DNA of 64,000 nt from NCBI GenBank assembly GCA_963932905.1, contig CAWVRN010000010.1, positions 32,001 to 96,000 on the forward strand, given 5' to 3'. The position numbers and the translations under genes are program-made. The notes under the pieces were generated by a model. It was not told the origin of the DNA, did not search any database, and saw only the letters and a program-made list of their open reading frames with translations. Source of the stretch: an uncultured Bdellovibrio sp. (GTDB taxonomy: Bacteria; Bdellovibrionota; Bdellovibrionia; Bdellovibrionales; Bdellovibrionaceae). Positions 62,374 to 64,000 of this stretch are shown piece after piece. Every line of letters starts with the position of its first letter. Position 1 is the first letter of the stretch.

Positions 62374-64000
62374 TTCAGTTTTTTCTCAGCACTGGTTGGA
62401 TAACAACCCAGCTGGACCGATTTAGAATGAACAATCGCGGTTCGAGTCGTTAAACCATATCGTCTGGTTTTTTCTGCCTCTTTACTTTTAAGACCAGACT
62501 TCGAATCATCGTCTTCAAGGCCCACGTGGCCCACACAGTTGGAAATTACATATTTATCCATATTCGACTTAATCAAACCCGAACTACGCAAGTAATAACA
62601 AAACAAACCCGCCGAATTATAAACTTTATTTGCGCTGTTTGATTCAATTACTAAATCCTGCAATTGCGAGCATGTATTGGTGGCATCCCTCTTAGAAGCC
62701 CCTTTTATGAACAAAGCCGGTGTCAAATTTTCTAAATTATACTGCCTACGAGAAACTTGAACCTTATTCTGAAGTTCCATATAGGCAAATTGGTTGTTTC
62801 TGTTTTTTGGATCAGAGTTAAAAGCGTCAATAATTTGTTTTATATAGGCTGTATTTGATGAAACGTTTAACGATGAAAATTTATCATTAAATGAATCTAC
62901 GATATCATCGTATTCTTCTAACCTATGCTCAAGCCATTTACCCGCTAATGATTTAGAGAAAAATCCATTGGCCCCAAACAATTGTCTATCTAAATCACGA
63001 AATTCAATTATCAATTCAGCCTGAGGAATCAGTTGAGACACATCTCCCGATTTAGAAATATAGGCATCAATTTTTTCATACAGGACACTGTCCGCTTCTA
63101 GTTGGGCAGCGTTTTTTCTCCATTCGTTAAACACCCTATCTGCCAATAGTCCATCATATACTTTTTCGGAACGACCTTGAATTTCGCTGCCAAGCTCGCC
63201 CAGAATAATCGCTACATTAGCTTTCCATTTATCAATTGCTTTAACGCATAGACCATATTGGAATGTACGGTGATCGTATCCTGGCGTTCCTGGGCCTTTT
63301 GCTTTAGCTGCCGCCAAAGCTTCTGCCATTTCTGTTTTATTTTCCTCAATAACTTTAAGAAGTGCCACGGTGTGATCTTCTTTCGGCATTTGCAAATCTT
63401 TAAACACGCCATTCATGCTGACAAAATTGTTCGCCACCGAACAACGGTATGAAGGGTCATCGCTTTTGATGTAAATTTGATCAAAGTCAGCTAACTTTTT
63501 TCTAGCGATAAGAATTTTTTCAAAATCATCTTTAATTTTACTTTTCAGTCCGTGATATTTCACAATCAAGTCTGCAACCTTTGGATCTTTTTTCCTATAG
63601 AAAACTTCTAGGTCTGCAATGCTTTTTAATGTGTCTTGATATTTTTTGCTATAATCAATGCGGCCATTGTTAAATTTTGAAAGTTCACGGATTTGTTTAT
63701 TGATACGTTGATAATCACAGATACTTTTAGCAACTAAGTTTCTATGTTCAGGGTTTTTCATATCCAAAGGGTTATCTTTGTCGTTAGCTAAATCAGAAAC
63801 TCCTTCAATGACCTTAGCACTCACACCAACAAGTAAAGCTAATGTTAATGATTTACCAATCGGCAATTTAGAAATTGCGCCCGTTGCTATTTTTCCAACT
63901 AAACCCATTTGACCTATCATCGGCATAAAGATGGTCGCGGCCATCAGTACCGGCGCCAGATTCATAGTGACATCTGATACGCTGGATAAAATCGAAACCA
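62370..64000 (-). CDS. Large helical hypothetical protein (5' end probably beyond window)
   Basis: The frame stays open upstream of ATG 63965 to the window edge (VSILSSVSDVT-M); hydrophobic segments are followed by coiled-coil and Cys pairs. Confidence 0.65.
   Translation of the reverse strand, partial: VSILSSVSDVTMNLAPVLMAATIFMPMIGQMGLVGKIATGAISKLPIGKSLTLALLVGVSAKVIEGVSDLANDKDNPLDMKNPEHRNLVAKSICDYQRINKQIRELSKFNNGRIDYSKKYQDTLKSIADLEVFYRKKDPKVADLIVKYHGLKSKIKDDFEKILIARKKLADFDQIYIKSDDPSYRCSVANNFVSMNGVFKDLQMPKEDHTVALLKVIEENKTEMAEALAAAKAKGPGTPGYDHRTFQYGLCVKAIDKWKANVAIILGELGSEIQGRSEKVYDGLLADRVFNEWRKNAAQLEADSVLYEKIDAYISKSGDVSQLIPQAELIIEFRDLDRQLFGANGFFSKSLAGKWLEHRLEEYDDIVDSFNDKFSSLNVSSNTAYIKQIIDAFNSDPKNRNNQFAYMELQNKVQVSRRQYNLENLTPALFIKGASKRDATNTCSQLQDLVIESNSANKVYNSAGLFCYYLRSSGLIKSNMDKYVISNCVGHVGLEDDDSKSGLKSKEAEKTRRYGLTTRTAIVHSKSVQLGCYPTSAEKKLN

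Overview
This ~40% GC window is most consistent with a Bdellovibrionota (predatory) chromosome. That is an inference from the mevalonate operon, alternative complex III with system-II cytochrome c biogenesis, and the many Cys-rich secreted proteins. Core genes, left to right: ftsH (partial), tilS, an aldehyde dehydrogenase, hsp20, selO, pncA-like and nadE, hutG-ltaE-kynA, an AsmA-like gene, a five-gene mevalonate operon, thrS-infC and rpmI-rplT (split by a three-gene insert), a phospholipase D, a PilZ protein, a rhomboid fusion, actABCDEF, ccsA-resB and small metabolic genes. The best candidate for an undescribed system is a 9.6 kb, fully translationally coupled four-gene operon (3386-13033) made of two paralog pairs. 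One pair are fibre-like proteins with a Cys/YxYxxxYGGR repeat and a DUF1566/C-type-lectin-like tip. The other pair are Ig-like plus NHL-propeller lipoproteins. A sigma28-like promoter precedes the operon, so it may encode a surface prey-recognition/adhesion complex. Other notable signals: a PncA homologue whose catalytic Cys is replaced by Gly, a 36-bp hairpin between thrS and an AUU-start infC, a rhomboid-beta-propeller fusion, a C-x17-C module shared by two secreted proteins, and two intergenic palindromic elements. I found no CRISPR array, rRNA, tRNA, transposase, integrase or reverse transcriptase. All family calls come from reading motifs by eye; no database searches were run.
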